Of a stretch of 64,000 nt of DNA, positions 38,400 through 49,040 are shown one piece after another. The DNA comes from Candidatus Omnitrophota bacterium. Lineage in GTDB: Bacteria > Omnitrophota > Gorgyraeia > Gygaellales > Profunditerraquicolaceae. The notes below the pieces were generated by a model that ran no database searches, was not told where the DNA came from, and saw only the letters and a program-made list of their open reading frames with translations. The stretch is taken from contig JAHFFR010000001.1 in the NCBI GenBank assembly GCA_023247825.1, positions 23,009-87,008 on the forward strand, written 5' to 3'. A program made the translations under genes and the position numbers. The first letter of the stretch is position 1, and every line of letters begins with the position of its first letter.

Positions 38400-39394
38400 G
38401 CCTTTTCCTTCTTATCTTTACTCTCAGGCAAATAAACCTGCTTATACCAAGAGATTGTTTTAGCTATGCCGTCATAAATATCGGTTTTGGGGGTGAACCC
38501 AAGCAACTCTTGAGCTTTTTTGATGTCAATTAAGCGCATCGGAATCATTGAAGGCTTGCTTGAGTCATAGGTTATTTTGGCATTCTTGTATCCTTCAATC
38601 TCAAGAGCCATCCGCAGAATTTCTTTTAAACTATAGGCTTTGCCGCAAGCGATATTCACCGCATCAAAAGTAGAAAGTTTTTCCGCAGCCAAAATCAAAC
38701 CATCTATAAAATCATCAATGTAGATTAAATCTCTGATGTCCTGGCCCGTACCCCAAATTTTAATCGGATCATGCCGCTCAATTACCTTCCTTAAGGTAGC
38801 CGCCATCATATGAGAAGTGGCAAAATCAAAATCATCGTATGGGCCATAGATATTAGACGGCCGCACCACTACGGCAGCCATAGGGTTTTTAAGCTTCTGA
38901 GAATACAGACGACAGAGAATCTCAGTAAACCTCTTCATCCATCCCACACCAAAATAAATATCATACGGATCAGCATCAAACATTTCTTTCTCAGTTACCG
39001 GCTTATCCCCGCTAGGAGGATAAGCGGCATTACTGCTCAGAAAAATAAACTTTTTTATCTGCGCAAAATAAGCAGCTTCCAGTATCTGGGAATTCATAAT
39101 GATATTCGAAGTAACATGCACCAACGGGGTCGAAGCAATCACCGCCGCTCCCGACGTGTTTGCGGCACACATAAGAACATAATCCATACCCGCAACAGTC
39201 TTCCTGCAATCTTCCATGCTCATCAAATCACACCTGATATATTCAATCCGATCATCAATAATCACCGGTTCTCTTTTATGAATAGTGGCTCGGACATTAG
39301 CTCCCAACGAAAGAAGCCTGTTTACCAAGTTTGACCCTATAAAACCAGCTCCCCCCGCAACTAAAACCTTTTTAGTATTAAAAAAACTTGTCAT
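38396..39394 (-). CDS. GDP-L-fucose-synthase (Fcl/WcaG)-like NDP-4-keto-sugar epimerase/reductase, copy 1
   Basis: VLVAGGAGFIGSNL motif. An Fcl-like extended SDR of 332 aa. Confidence 0.7.
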   Translation of the reverse strand: MTSFFNTKKVLVAGGAGFIGSNLVNRLLSLGANVRATIHKREPVIIDDRIEYIRCDLMSMEDCRKTVAGMDYVLMCAANTSGAAVIASTPLVHVTSNIIMNSQILEAAYFAQIKKFIFLSSNAAYPPSGDKPVTEKEMFDADPYDIYFGVGWMKRFTEILCRLYSQKLKNPMAAVVVRPSNIYGPYDDFDFATSHMMAATLRKVIERHDPIKIWGTGQDIRDLIYIDDFIDGLILAAEKLSTFDAVNIACGKAYSLKEILRMALEIEGYKNAKITYDSSKPSMIPMRLIDIKKAQELLGFTPKTDIYDGIAKTISWYKQVYLPESKDKKEKA

Positions 39395-39433
39395 TATGCA
39401 GTTCTCCGTAATTCTATTAGTAAAGGCTTGATA

Positions 39434-40300
39434 TTAATTTAATACGTCCTCGATTATCTTAAAATGTTCATATGTCTGCTTGCTGGCAGCATCATGCCAT
39501 TCAAACACAATAGGGACATTACTAAAAATCTTTCTATACTTCATTAAATATTTTATTTGCCAAGAATCAACTGGCAGCACTCTGTGTGAATCTATATGAC
39601 CGTTATTCTCAGAGAGATGAAAGGCAAATATCTTTTTGCCGTAGTTATCGACGATTCTATCCAGGAATAAATCTCTATCAAAACGTAATATCTGCGAAGC
39701 CACATTCAAATGCCCAAGGTCAAGTAGAAGTCCCACTCTTTCATTATTTCTAAAATAAATTAAAAACTGCTCTACATCATCACTGCCACACAAAAACGAA
39801 AATTTATCATTTGCTGTTTTAAGCCCTAAATTCTCTACCCCTATCCTAAAATTTATCGGAATAACTTCTTCTGATAAAGACTCCACTGCCTTATAAAAAT
39901 CTTCTTTTAAATTAATTGTCCTGCCGTCCTTTATAAAAAACTTATCTTTAAGCTCTGGCAGCAATTCGCTTATAAATCCTGGATGCATGGTATATAAATT
40001 TTTGCCGAATTTCCGTGCAAACCTTAAAGCTTCTTTCACTAGAGCTATTGTCCTCTTTTTAATATCGAATTTGCGCGAGGCAATATTTATAACAAAATCT
40101 TTTTTCGGTGGTGGAAAATAATTATGAATCAAATAATCCAGCTTATACTCTTTCTGCAAGCTGATCAAATCGCTCTCAAAGTTATTATAAAATATAGTGC
40201 CTCCGGTGAGTTCTATATTCTTAAATCCTAACTCTGCTAATTGGCAAACCGCATTACCGATCTTATTCTTTTTAGAACACAAAGACGATATATAGAGCAT
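39434..40300 (-). CDS. Xylose-isomerase-like TIM-barrel sugar(-phosphate) isomerase/epimerase (tentative)
   Basis: 288 aa. I see no signature strong enough for a firm call. Confidence 0.4.
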   Translation of the reverse strand: MLYISSLCSKKNKIGNAVCQLAELGFKNIELTGGTIFYNNFESDLISLQKEYKLDYLIHNYFPPPKKDFVINIASRKFDIKKRTIALVKEALRFARKFGKNLYTMHPGFISELLPELKDKFFIKDGRTINLKEDFYKAVESLSEEVIPINFRIGVENLGLKTANDKFSFLCGSDDVEQFLIYFRNNERVGLLLDLGHLNVASQILRFDRDLFLDRIVDNYGKKIFAFHLSENNGHIDSHRVLPVDSWQIKYLMKYRKIFSNVPIVFEWHDAASKQTYEHFKIIEDVLN

Positions 40301-40314
40301 AAAAGTTTAAACTT

Positions 40315-40830
40315 TCAAAGACCCGGCACCAACGCGTCTCTCTCTGATAAAATCGGGTCTTTTATAGGCCAAAATATCTTAAATTTCGGATCATTCCATA
40401 ATATGGTAAATTGTTTTGACGATCCATAATAAGACGACTGTTTATAATGAAAAATTGACTTCTCAGTTAAGCATAAATGTCCATTGCCATGTTTCGGTGG
40501 AACTAATACCTGGTGTTTATTGGTCTGCGATAAAACAAAACTCTGCCATTTACCAAAATCCTTTGACTCTTCATCATAATTAATTACAACCAGGTAAAAT
40601 TCTCCATGCAAGCATGATATCAGCTTCCAAGTTGAGCTATCACCATGAATCCCTTTGATCACACCTTTGGTTGCTATAGATATGTCATCTTCTACGAAAT
40701 CAATATCGATGCCTTTCTCTTTATATAATTTCTTGTTATAGGTCTCTAGATAATACCCCCTATGATCTTCAAAATAAGTTGGTTTAATCAATAAAACTCC
40801 TTCGAGATTAGTTTGTATGACTTCTATCAC
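40315..40830 (-). CDS. RmlC-like cupin NDP-4-keto-sugar 3,5-epimerase
   Basis: GVLLIKPTYFEDHRGYYLETYN. 171 aa. Confidence 0.7.
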   Translation of the reverse strand: MIEVIQTNLEGVLLIKPTYFEDHRGYYLETYNKKLYKEKGIDIDFVEDDISIATKGVIKGIHGDSSTWKLISCLHGEFYLVVINYDEESKDFGKWQSFVLSQTNKHQVLVPPKHGNGHLCLTEKSIFHYKQSSYYGSSKQFTILWNDPKFKIFWPIKDPILSERDALVPGL

Positions 40831-40847
40831 GATACCCCCCGTTATAA

Positions 40848-41831
40848 TTATTTAAAATAATTCTTTTTCTCCAAGTATTCCTTTTGATTATTCATAAACC
40901 ATTCCCAAGTTTCTTTCAATCCGTCTAACAAACTTGTAGAAGGATCATACCCTATTGATTCCCTTGCCTTAGAAATATCCATAACTCTTTTAGGAAAACC
41001 TGAAGGCTTCGATGTATCAAACACATAATTGAAATCTAAAAATTCTCTTAAAGTTTCAACAAGCTCTTTTATTGAATATCCAATTCCACTCCCCAGATTA
41101 ACAAAACCACTTCCTGTACCATAATATAAAGCTAAAATTACTCCTTCCGCAACATCTCTGCTGTACGCAAAATCACGTATAGCCAAACCATCCCCCCAAA
41201 CAACCACGGGATCCTCTTTTTTAGCGATTCTATGCATCAAAGTAGGAATAACCATAGCATTATTAGGATCAAAATTATCTCCGGGACCATAAACATTACA
41301 AGGCCTGACAATTGCAAAATTATTTAAACCATACTGTATTTTATAAGCTTGGATTTGAAACTCTGCCATTCTTTTTGCCCATCCCGGAAACAGATCCATA
41401 GGCGACCCAAGTTGATCATCGCTTTCGCAAAAAACTTCAGCGCTGGAATATGCGCCTATAGAGCTGGTATAAACAACTTTCTGGACATTATTTATACGAC
41501 AAGCTTCAAGCACATTAGTATTAAACATTATAAGTGGGACAAAAAAACTAGCAGGTTTTTTCTTAGTGACATCAATAGAGCCTTTTATTCCAGCTATATG
41601 AAAAACGAAATCCATATCTTTTGTAAGCTGTTTGCACAAAATAAAATCTGTTAAATCCCCTAAAACATGTTCAACCCTATTATCAACTTTTATCTTATCT
41701 AGTGAAACAACCTTTACGTTGGCTCCGGTATCGCATAGAATCTTAACAACCTGCCTGCCAATAAGGCCAGTGCCACCCGTAACCAATACATTCTTCTTAT
41801 TAAAACTTTTCAAAATACCTGTTTTAATCAT
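40848..41831 (-). CDS. Fcl-like NDP-4-keto-sugar epimerase/reductase, copy 2
   Basis: VLVTGGTGLIGRQV motif. 327 aa. Confidence 0.7.
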   Translation of the reverse strand: MIKTGILKSFNKKNVLVTGGTGLIGRQVVKILCDTGANVKVVSLDKIKVDNRVEHVLGDLTDFILCKQLTKDMDFVFHIAGIKGSIDVTKKKPASFFVPLIMFNTNVLEACRINNVQKVVYTSSIGAYSSAEVFCESDDQLGSPMDLFPGWAKRMAEFQIQAYKIQYGLNNFAIVRPCNVYGPGDNFDPNNAMVIPTLMHRIAKKEDPVVVWGDGLAIRDFAYSRDVAEGVILALYYGTGSGFVNLGSGIGYSIKELVETLREFLDFNYVFDTSKPSGFPKRVMDISKARESIGYDPSTSLLDGLKETWEWFMNNQKEYLEKKNYFK

Positions 41832-41834
41832 TTA

Positions 41835-42635
41835 TTAGAAACTTCTTCCTTCGGAACCGTCTACTGCTATAGAAGCACCGTTAATTAAACTTGCCTGCTC
41901 TGAACAGATAAAAACAACTACATTTGCCACCTCTTCCGGATTCCCCAACCTTCCTAAAGGAAATTTCTCATCCAGCATAGCCTTAAATACAGCAGGATCT
42001 TTTTTCTGCTCCTCTCGCCATCCCGTATTAGGAATCATAATGCTACCCGGAGCAATACTATTAAAAGTTACCCCATCCCTAACTATTTCCTTCTTCAATG
42101 AAAGGTTTTTTATCAGGACTGTTTGCGCGGTCTTGGCGATATTAAACCACGGTCTGCCACCGGCTTCTCTGCCATATAAAGAGGTAATATTGATAATCCT
42201 GCCCCACTTCTGTTTACGCATATACGGAATAGCCAGCTTGATGAACCGGAGAGAGCTCATAACATTCTTATTATAAACCTCCTGCCACACCCTTTCATCT
42301 GTATCTATAATATCTTCCTGCCCCCATCTACCTCCTCCGCCCACGTTATTTATCAGAATATGCAAGGTGCCCCATTTCTTAATGATCTTATTAAATACCC
42401 GGTTAATATCTTCCCTGATTGTGACATCCGCCTGGATAGCCAGACAATCAACGCCCTTGGCTTTTAACTGTTTCTGTGTCTCTTGGATACGGGAAGGCGT
42501 CCGTGAGCATACCGCGACATTGCATCCTTCATTCGCTAAAGTAAGTGCAATTGCCCTGCCAATCCCATGAGTGCCTCCGGTAACTAACGCATATTTGTTC
42601 TTTATCCCTAAGTCCATTATTTTATTGGCCTCCAT
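41835..42635 (-). CDS. Classical SDR oxidoreductase
   Basis: ALVTGGTHGIGRAIA motif. 266 aa. Confidence 0.8.
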   Translation of the reverse strand: MEANKIMDLGIKNKYALVTGGTHGIGRAIALTLANEGCNVAVCSRTPSRIQETQKQLKAKGVDCLAIQADVTIREDINRVFNKIIKKWGTLHILINNVGGGGRWGQEDIIDTDERVWQEVYNKNVMSSLRFIKLAIPYMRKQKWGRIINITSLYGREAGGRPWFNIAKTAQTVLIKNLSLKKEIVRDGVTFNSIAPGSIMIPNTGWREEQKKDPAVFKAMLDEKFPLGRLGNPEEVANVVVFICSEQASLINGASIAVDGSEGRSF

Positions 42636-43603
42636 ATAATAAGGTTATACCCTTCCATAAACAAGCTTCCGAAGAATAACCGTTTTACTTTCAAAATCTT
42701 GGTTTTCCCTTCTTTTTCCAGCTCCTGTAGTCTCGGCAAAAAACCTTGAGTATATCCCCGTTTTTTATGGAATTCTATAGCAAGATAGTCAACTAAATTA
42801 TCCTTTTCGTATAATTCAACTGTAGGCTCGACATGTACACACAATTCGGGGCTATTATCTAAAAGATACTGCAAAAAATTCTCAAATTTACTTGCTAATT
42901 GCTCAATTGAGCCAATCGTAAAGATCAAACTGTTCTCTTTGAGCCGAAAGCTTTGATCGGGATTGATCATATCAAAAATAGCACCCTTTAATTTTATATT
43001 ATACGCCTTAGCTATCGCATTAACTAAATCTACTGATGATTTTACAAAATCTGTGCCGTATAAATTTTTGTCCGGATACAGCTGAGAAAGAGCAACGAGA
43101 TTAAAACCCGTACCGCAGCCGAATTCATAAATATTGCTGAATTCTTTAAAATATCTGGCGAAAAGCCATTTTCTGAACACCAAATAATAATCCAGTTCAA
43201 AATTAGGATTGGCCGAACAGATGTAATTTTGTTTATAGCGGATTATTTTATTGGGCCGGATAAACTTAGGCACTAATTTTTGCAGATCATAATTACTATT
43301 AATAAAATCCTGCAAATTCTCGTTCCAGCCATTACTCCAGATGTCCTGACGCTCTTTAGCACCGATAATCTGCCTGTCGCTTTCCAACTTCTTTAAAACT
43401 TCCAGTATGACCTCGTCTCTCTTGCTGCCTTCCAAAATCTCATAAGTAAAATCTTTTCGGGTAATCAAATCAATGCATTCCTGCGATATACTGTTTTCAT
43501 CAGCACCGAATGATTCAATAAAATCATGAAGAGTAACCTTCGGCATTTTCATTGCTCCGTCTTTTTTATTAAAATTAAAATGGTCCCTTAAATTTCTTCT
43601 CAT
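42617..43603 (-). CDS. Class I SAM-dependent methyltransferase (a paralogue of 49805..50740)
   Basis: YEFGCGTGFNL motif I. About 45% aa identity to 49805..50740 over the C-terminal 200 aa. Confidence 0.6.
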   Translation of the reverse strand: MRRNLRDHFNFNKKDGAMKMPKVTLHDFIESFGADENSISQECIDLITRKDFTYEILEGSKRDEVILEVLKKLESDRQIIGAKERQDIWSNGWNENLQDFINSNYDLQKLVPKFIRPNKIIRYKQNYICSANPNFELDYYLVFRKWLFARYFKEFSNIYEFGCGTGFNLVALSQLYPDKNLYGTDFVKSSVDLVNAIAKAYNIKLKGAIFDMINPDQSFRLKENSLIFTIGSIEQLASKFENFLQYLLDNSPELCVHVEPTVELYEKDNLVDYLAIEFHKKRGYTQGFLPRLQELEKEGKTKILKVKRLFFGSLFMEGYNLIIWRPIK

Positions 43604-44615
43604 GGCTATAAAACTCTATGCCATCAAAACTCATCGGCTTTAATTTAAGCATATCCTCAACTTCTCTTATTATATTTTTTGCGTTAGGAAAAAATTCGTT
43701 CTCTAAATGCCTGGCAGTGGGACACGGTGTATGCGCGAAACCTATTCTTCTTACCGGGCTTTTGAGCTTTCCAAAGCACCTTGATGATACGCGCGCCGCT
43801 ACTTCAGCGCTAAAACCACAAAACAACCAATCATTATCAACAATAATACATCTACCCGTCTTCTCAACTGACGCCACAATACTTTCTTCATCTAAAGGGA
43901 CTATTGTTCTTGGATCAATTATTTCAACGTTAACACCTTCCTTCATTAGTAGCTCTGCCGCAAAAACCGCCTCTACGTTCATCCATGAAGTCGCGACTAT
44001 GGTAATGTCCCTGCCTTTACGTAAAATATTTGCCTTACCAAACGGCAAAGCATAAGAGGACTTAGGAACTCCTCCCTTTTGCCAATATAACCAGCGGTGT
44101 TCAATAAAAATTACAGGATTATCATCCCGAATCGCGGAGATAAGAAGCCCTTTAGCATCATAAGCCATCGTGGGTATAACAACTTTAATGCCTGGGATAT
44201 GAGCAAATACTGAATACATGCTTTTACTATGTTGAAAACCCTGTCCCCAGCCGCGACCTATAATTCCCCTTATCACCATAGGCACTTTAAGCTTTCCGCA
44301 AGATGAATAATTACTACATGAAAGCATATTAGCGATTTGGTTAAACGCTAAAAGCATAAAATCAATCCTAATATGGATATGTATCGGGCGCATGCCATTT
44401 AATGCTGCTCCTAAACCAAATCCGGTCATAGCATCTTCGGATAAAGGCGTGTCAAAACACCTCGTTTTGCCAAAACGCTTTACGAGCCCGGCAGTAGAAC
44501 CAAATATTGCCTTATGGTCAGGAACACCTATCCCATACACAAAAACTTTACCATCCCTTTCCATCTCCTGAATCATGGCCTCACGCAATGCTTCGCAATA
44601 TGTAATCTGTCTCAT
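43575..44615 (-). CDS. ThDP-dependent E1 beta subunit-like, second pair
   Basis: Homologous to 15724..16779. 346 aa. Confidence 0.8.
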   Translation of the reverse strand: MRQITYCEALREAMIQEMERDGKVFVYGIGVPDHKAIFGSTAGLVKRFGKTRCFDTPLSEDAMTGFGLGAALNGMRPIHIHIRIDFMLLAFNQIANMLSCSNYSSCGKLKVPMVIRGIIGRGWGQGFQHSKSMYSVFAHIPGIKVVIPTMAYDAKGLLISAIRDDNPVIFIEHRWLYWQKGGVPKSSYALPFGKANILRKGRDITIVATSWMNVEAVFAAELLMKEGVNVEIIDPRTIVPLDEESIVASVEKTGRCIIVDNDWLFCGFSAEVAARVSSRCFGKLKSPVRRIGFAHTPCPTARHLENEFFPNAKNIIREVEDMLKLKPMSFDGIEFYSHEKKFKGPF

Positions 44616-45571
44616 TGAAAAACTCCCTTATGCAATTCATCCGTACTGCTTAACTTAGCATTTTTTACGTTCTTTATAGTAAACACAACTTCATTCAATA
44701 TCTCTTTTTCTATTTTTTTAATCTCACCGTTAACATACCCGGATTTCATAAGTCTGATCCGCTGAAGACTGACAGGGTCTCTTTTAAGCCACTTTTTGAA
44801 TTCATCTTTCTTCCTGTATCCTGCATCAAAATCATAATTAATCCCCACATGTTCGAGATAACGGTAATATTTAAAATTCATGAAATATGGCTCTGGCTTT
44901 TTGCGCAGCACATCTATGGCCTTAGAAGTAAGATTATAAATTTCCTCCGCATCAGTAGAATCAATTTCAAGAGTCTGGCAACGGAATTTCTTAACGATTT
45001 CCGTTATAGAATTATATCCACGGCGCTCTTTTATATGACTATGAACAGCAAGCTCGTTGTCTTCACACACAAAAATTACCGGCAGCTGCATTAAACTGGC
45101 GATGTTTAAACTCTCCCAAAAAACACCCTCATCCACAGCGCCATCTCCAAAAAACGCAACAACAATTTTTCTGTTTTTATTTATCTTGTTTGCCCACGCA
45201 CACCCTACTGCGACAGGAATATGTGCAGAAACTATCGCTGATGTCCCCATAAATCCCTTTTTAGGCAGACATAAATGCATTGAACCACCTTTTCCTTTTA
45301 AGGAAGACGTCTCTTTTGCGTACATTTCAGCAAAAAATTCGTTTACATCGCCTGTTTTGGCAAGAAAAATAGAATGAGTCCGATATGTAGTAAATATCTG
45401 ATCGCTTTCGGTCAAAGCATGACAAACCCCGGCTGCAATAGCTTCATTCCCCATAGACATATGCATAGGAGTCTTCATCTCATCCTCATGATAATATTTC
45501 TGTATCTGTTTCTCTGCGCATCGAATCAGATACATCTTTTTATACAATTCTATACTAAGTTTTTTATTCAT
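44612..45571 (-). CDS. ThDP-dependent E1 alpha subunit-like, second pair
   Basis: GKGGSMHL motif. 319 aa. Confidence 0.8.
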   Translation of the reverse strand: MNKKLSIELYKKMYLIRCAEKQIQKYYHEDEMKTPMHMSMGNEAIAAGVCHALTESDQIFTTYRTHSIFLAKTGDVNEFFAEMYAKETSSLKGKGGSMHLCLPKKGFMGTSAIVSAHIPVAVGCAWANKINKNRKIVVAFFGDGAVDEGVFWESLNIASLMQLPVIFVCEDNELAVHSHIKERRGYNSITEIVKKFRCQTLEIDSTDAEEIYNLTSKAIDVLRKKPEPYFMNFKYYRYLEHVGINYDFDAGYRKKDEFKKWLKRDPVSLQRIRLMKSGYVNGEIKKIEKEILNEVVFTIKNVKNAKLSSTDELHKGVFQ

Positions 45572-45578
45572 TTGTCCT

Positions 45579-46190
45579 CTATTTCTCTACGGTTAATGCT
45601 TTCCAAGGGGAACGCTTGAGTTCAAATCTCCAATAATTTAAAACATCCTCTAAAGTCTGCTCCAAAGGAATAACTGGTTCCCACCCTGTTTCATTACGAA
45701 ACTTATCTATACACGGTATCTGTAAGGTTACGTCAGACGGCCGGAAGAGCTCAGGATCGACTTTTATCTCCGGCTTGACTTCGGAAAAAGAAATCAAAAT
45801 ATCCAGGGCCTCGCCGATAGTCATCGTCCGATTACCGCCGATATTATAGACTTCGCCCGGTTTACATTTACTGATCATAATCCAATACGCTTTCACTGCA
45901 TCAGGCACATCACAAAAGGTCCTCACGGATTTAAGATTTCCAACCCTGACAATCGGTTTACTTAGTTTCAATTCCGCGGCAGCAATCTGCTTTGCGAAAA
46001 ACATACTGCAAAAACATCTCCTCTCCTAGGTCCGGTATGAGTAAACATTCTAGTACGAATAGTCTTAATCCCATGCGACAACCAATATTGATATGTTACC
46101 ATATCTTCTCCAACCTTACTTACCGCATAAGGCGATACCGGCCTTAAGGGACAGTTTTCTCTAATGGGACTATTGCGAAATACCTCTTTT
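45579..46190 (-). pseudogene. 5'-truncated, frameshifted paralogue of the Gmd/Rmd-like gene at 56501..57514
   Basis: My own translation of 46190..46010 gives EVFRNSPIRENCPLRPVSPYAVSK...TIRTRMFTHTGPRRGDVF. A frameshift follows near 46005, then the ORF 45579..46004. Homology stops exactly at the inverted-repeat element at 46192. Confidence 0.6.
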
Positions 46191-46191
46191 T

Positions 46192-46282
46192 GTCATTCTG
46201 AGCACATTCGTTTCGCTCAGTGTAAACTCCGCGAAGAATCTATTTATCGTCGAGATTCTTCGGCCTTCGGCCTCAGAATGAC
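46192..46282. mobile_element. 91-bp MITE-like structured element with 11-bp terminal inverted repeats (GTCATTCTGAG ... CTCAGAATGAC) and nested internal palindromes
   Basis: Inner pairs are CGAAGAATCT/AGATTCTTCG and GGCCTTCGGCC. It sits exactly at the truncation point of the Gmd/Rmd pseudogene. There is no flanking T-run, so it is not a typical terminator. Confidence 0.45.
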
Positions 46283-46311
46283 GTAAAATTGGGAGTTTCG
46301 CAACAGCCCCC

Positions 46312-47646
46312 TCATGACACTTTCCACAATATCTTGTCTATTATCAATTTCAAACATGGCTTTAAACTTTCTTTTAAACGCTCTCCAAGTCTTTTAGGAA
46401 GAATCGGCCTTGCGGCTTTAAAACAAACATATGAGCATTTAAATAATAGCCAACGCCAATCCGTTATTCGCTGATACCAGAGATAGAAACAATACGATAA
46501 TTTATGAGAAAGAAACCAATCAGTGATTTTTAGCGATAACGCCTGAAAAAAAGGCAAGCTTCTCAGCCGCGGCCATGGGAACTCAATCGTTTTCCTTCCC
46601 CAGTTAGCTAAGATCGATTGATCATCTGCTTGATCCAACTGATAAGGATAATCTCTTTTAAAGAGCTTGCCAGGTGTTGCGGATGAAATTAATTCTTCTG
46701 TTTTATCCAAAACAATCTTCCAGAAACGGCGGGCCGAATAATACTGTTTTGTTTTGACATAACCATTATGAGCTATCCTGACCCTTTCGGCCTCGTTTTT
46801 CAGGTAATACCTGGCTTTTTTCAATAGGTCCGCATTTGAAAAATAAGGAACATAGTCAACATTAGGGATGAATAATTTGGCAGTTTCCGGAGCTGCTTCC
46901 TCCAGAAGCATAGCCCCGCAATTCGTAACTTCAAATGCCCGGGCATTAGTGACCGGAATATAACCGGGGCAGGAAAAACTCAAAACAATTTTAGAGCGCT
47001 GAAAAATTTCTGCAAATTCAGCAATAGGCAGGTGCTCTTCGTGTTCGCCTCCGGCACGATAAACTTTTAAACCATGTTTTTCAAGATACTTTATCCTCCG
47101 CAATCTAGCCAGTTTTGTCGAGCCGGGATAGCTAAGGTCAATATCTCTTTCTCTGCCAGGATCATAAAAATATTCGGGATTCTTCGGAACCCAAAAATAA
47201 GAAAATTTCTGCGGATCTTTCATACGCCGAAAAACTACGCTGGTAGCGGTAAACATATTGAAATCGATAAATGGCTGGAATACGTCCGATATTTTTACCA
47301 GTATTTCACATTCGAAATCCCCCCAAATAGCGAAGAACGGAATCGAAAAACGCTTTTTTATTGTTTCTAATGTCTTAAGGGACGGAGTATTAACAGCATC
47401 AGGAAAATTATAGATCACCAGACAGATTAGTTGAGGCCGGAATTCGGCTATTTTACTCAAAAGGGCCTCATCGCCTTTAGTCCCGGTTGTCCGGTAATAT
47501 TCGTCAAAATGGAAGACTTCCACTTCGGCCAAATTGACGGCTTGGAGAGACTGCCATAAATTGCCCTCCCAGGCCGATAGGCCCCAATCAATATTGCCGG
47601 AACACCACTTGTCCGCAACGAATAGTATCCTGGGTTTATTTATCAT
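46312..47646 (-). CDS. CgeB-like (Glyco_trans_1_2 / DUF3880-type) GT-B glycosyltransferase, tandem paralogue A
   Basis: C-terminal region AEFAEIFQRSKIVLSFS...NARAFEVTNCGAMLLEE. 444 aa. Confidence 0.55.
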   Translation of the reverse strand: MINKPRILFVADKWCSGNIDWGLSAWEGNLWQSLQAVNLAEVEVFHFDEYYRTTGTKGDEALLSKIAEFRPQLICLVIYNFPDAVNTPSLKTLETIKKRFSIPFFAIWGDFECEILVKISDVFQPFIDFNMFTATSVVFRRMKDPQKFSYFWVPKNPEYFYDPGRERDIDLSYPGSTKLARLRRIKYLEKHGLKVYRAGGEHEEHLPIAEFAEIFQRSKIVLSFSCPGYIPVTNARAFEVTNCGAMLLEEAAPETAKLFIPNVDYVPYFSNADLLKKARYYLKNEAERVRIAHNGYVKTKQYYSARRFWKIVLDKTEELISSATPGKLFKRDYPYQLDQADDQSILANWGRKTIEFPWPRLRSLPFFQALSLKITDWFLSHKLSYCFYLWYQRITDWRWLLFKCSYVCFKAARPILPKRLGERLKESLKPCLKLIIDKILWKVS

Positions 47647-47647
47647 G

Positions 47648-49036
47648 TTAATTTATCTTCTCTTTTTTGTCGCTATTTACAATCCAGGAACTCAATCCAC
47701 AACCCTTGTATTCGCATGCCAGCCATTTTACCATAAATGCGGCGCATGGTTTTAAATATTCTTTTAAGCTATCCCCCAGCCCCTTGGGTAGAATATACCT
47801 TATGGCTTTAAAGAACCCGTATGAGCAGTTGAACATAAACCGGCGCCAATCCTTTATTCGCTGATAACGAAGATAGAAAAAATACAATAATTCATAAGAA
47901 CAGAACCAGTCGGTAACTTTCAGCACCACCGCCTGAACACGTGATAACTTTCTTAGACGAAACCAGGGAAGATCGATAGTTTTTCTTCCCCAGTTAGCCA
48001 GGATCAATTGGTCATCGGCCTGATCCAGCTGATAAGGTTGGCCCCTATCGTAAATTACATCGTCCGATCTGCCCGAAATAACTTCGTCAGTTTTAGCTAA
48101 AATTATTTTCCAAAAACGATAAGCTGAATAATATTGCTGTGTTTTTAGCTTACCTGAATTTGCTATTTTCACTCTTTCGGTTTCATTTTGTAAATAATGC
48201 AGGGCTTTATTTAACATATCTTTATTCGAAAAATAAGGCGCGTAATCCACATAGGGTATGAATAATTTTGCGGTTTCGGGGTTAGTTTCGTCCAGAAGCA
48301 TGGCCCCGCAATTCATAACTTCAAATGTTCGCGCGCAGATAATCTGCGTATAGCCGCTTTGGGAAAAACCAATAATAATTTTAGCACGCTGAAAAATCTC
48401 GGCAAATTCCGCAAGCGGTAAATTCCCTTGACGTTCGCCTCCGGCACAATAAACTTTTAAACCATGTTTTTCCAGATATTTTATTCTTCGTAATCTGTGC
48501 GGGTTCATGCCTCCGGCAAAGCCTATATCTATATCTCTTGAACGTCCGGGATCATAAAAATACTTGGGATTTTTCGGCACCCAGAAATAAGAGAACTTTT
48601 TCGGATTTTTCCAACGCCTAAAAGGCGCGTTCGTGGCGGTAAAGGCATTGAAATCAATGAAAGGCCCAACTATATCTGATACACTCATCAGGCTTTCCGA
48701 TTGTGGATCCCCCCAGATGGCAAAGAGCGGAATGGAAAAACGTTTTTTTATCATTTCCAGCGTTTGCAGGGATGGCATATCAATAGTACCGAGAAAATTA
48801 TTAGCCACCAGGCAAATCGCGCTAGGCTGAAATTCTGCTATTTTCTCTAAAACGGCCTCATCGCCCCTGATTCCATTTACGCGATAATACTCGTCAAAGT
48901 GAAAGACTTCCACTTCAGCCAAATTGACAGCTTGAAGAGACTGCCATAAATTGCCCTCCCAGGCCGAGAGGCCCCATTCAATGCGGCCGGAACACCACTT
49001 GTCGGCAATAAATAAGATTCTGGGCTTGTTAATCAT
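47648..49036 (-). CDS. CgeB-like GT-B glycosyltransferase, tandem paralogue B
   Basis: About 70% aa identity to 46312..47646. The 5' ends are about 90% identical at the DNA level. Confidence 0.55.
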   Translation of the reverse strand: MINKPRILFIADKWCSGRIEWGLSAWEGNLWQSLQAVNLAEVEVFHFDEYYRVNGIRGDEAVLEKIAEFQPSAICLVANNFLGTIDMPSLQTLEMIKKRFSIPLFAIWGDPQSESLMSVSDIVGPFIDFNAFTATNAPFRRWKNPKKFSYFWVPKNPKYFYDPGRSRDIDIGFAGGMNPHRLRRIKYLEKHGLKVYCAGGERQGNLPLAEFAEIFQRAKIIIGFSQSGYTQIICARTFEVMNCGAMLLDETNPETAKLFIPYVDYAPYFSNKDMLNKALHYLQNETERVKIANSGKLKTQQYYSAYRFWKIILAKTDEVISGRSDDVIYDRGQPYQLDQADDQLILANWGRKTIDLPWFRLRKLSRVQAVVLKVTDWFCSYELLYFFYLRYQRIKDWRRFMFNCSYGFFKAIRYILPKGLGDSLKEYLKPCAAFMVKWLACEYKGCGLSSWIVNSDKKEKIN

Positions 49037-49040
49037 AATA

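Noticed and set aside
46192-46282. Rho-independent terminator for the CgeB-like GT gene
   Set aside because: The hairpin is not followed by a U-tract on either strand, and it sits precisely at a gene-truncation breakpoint. A mobile or recombinogenic element is favoured.
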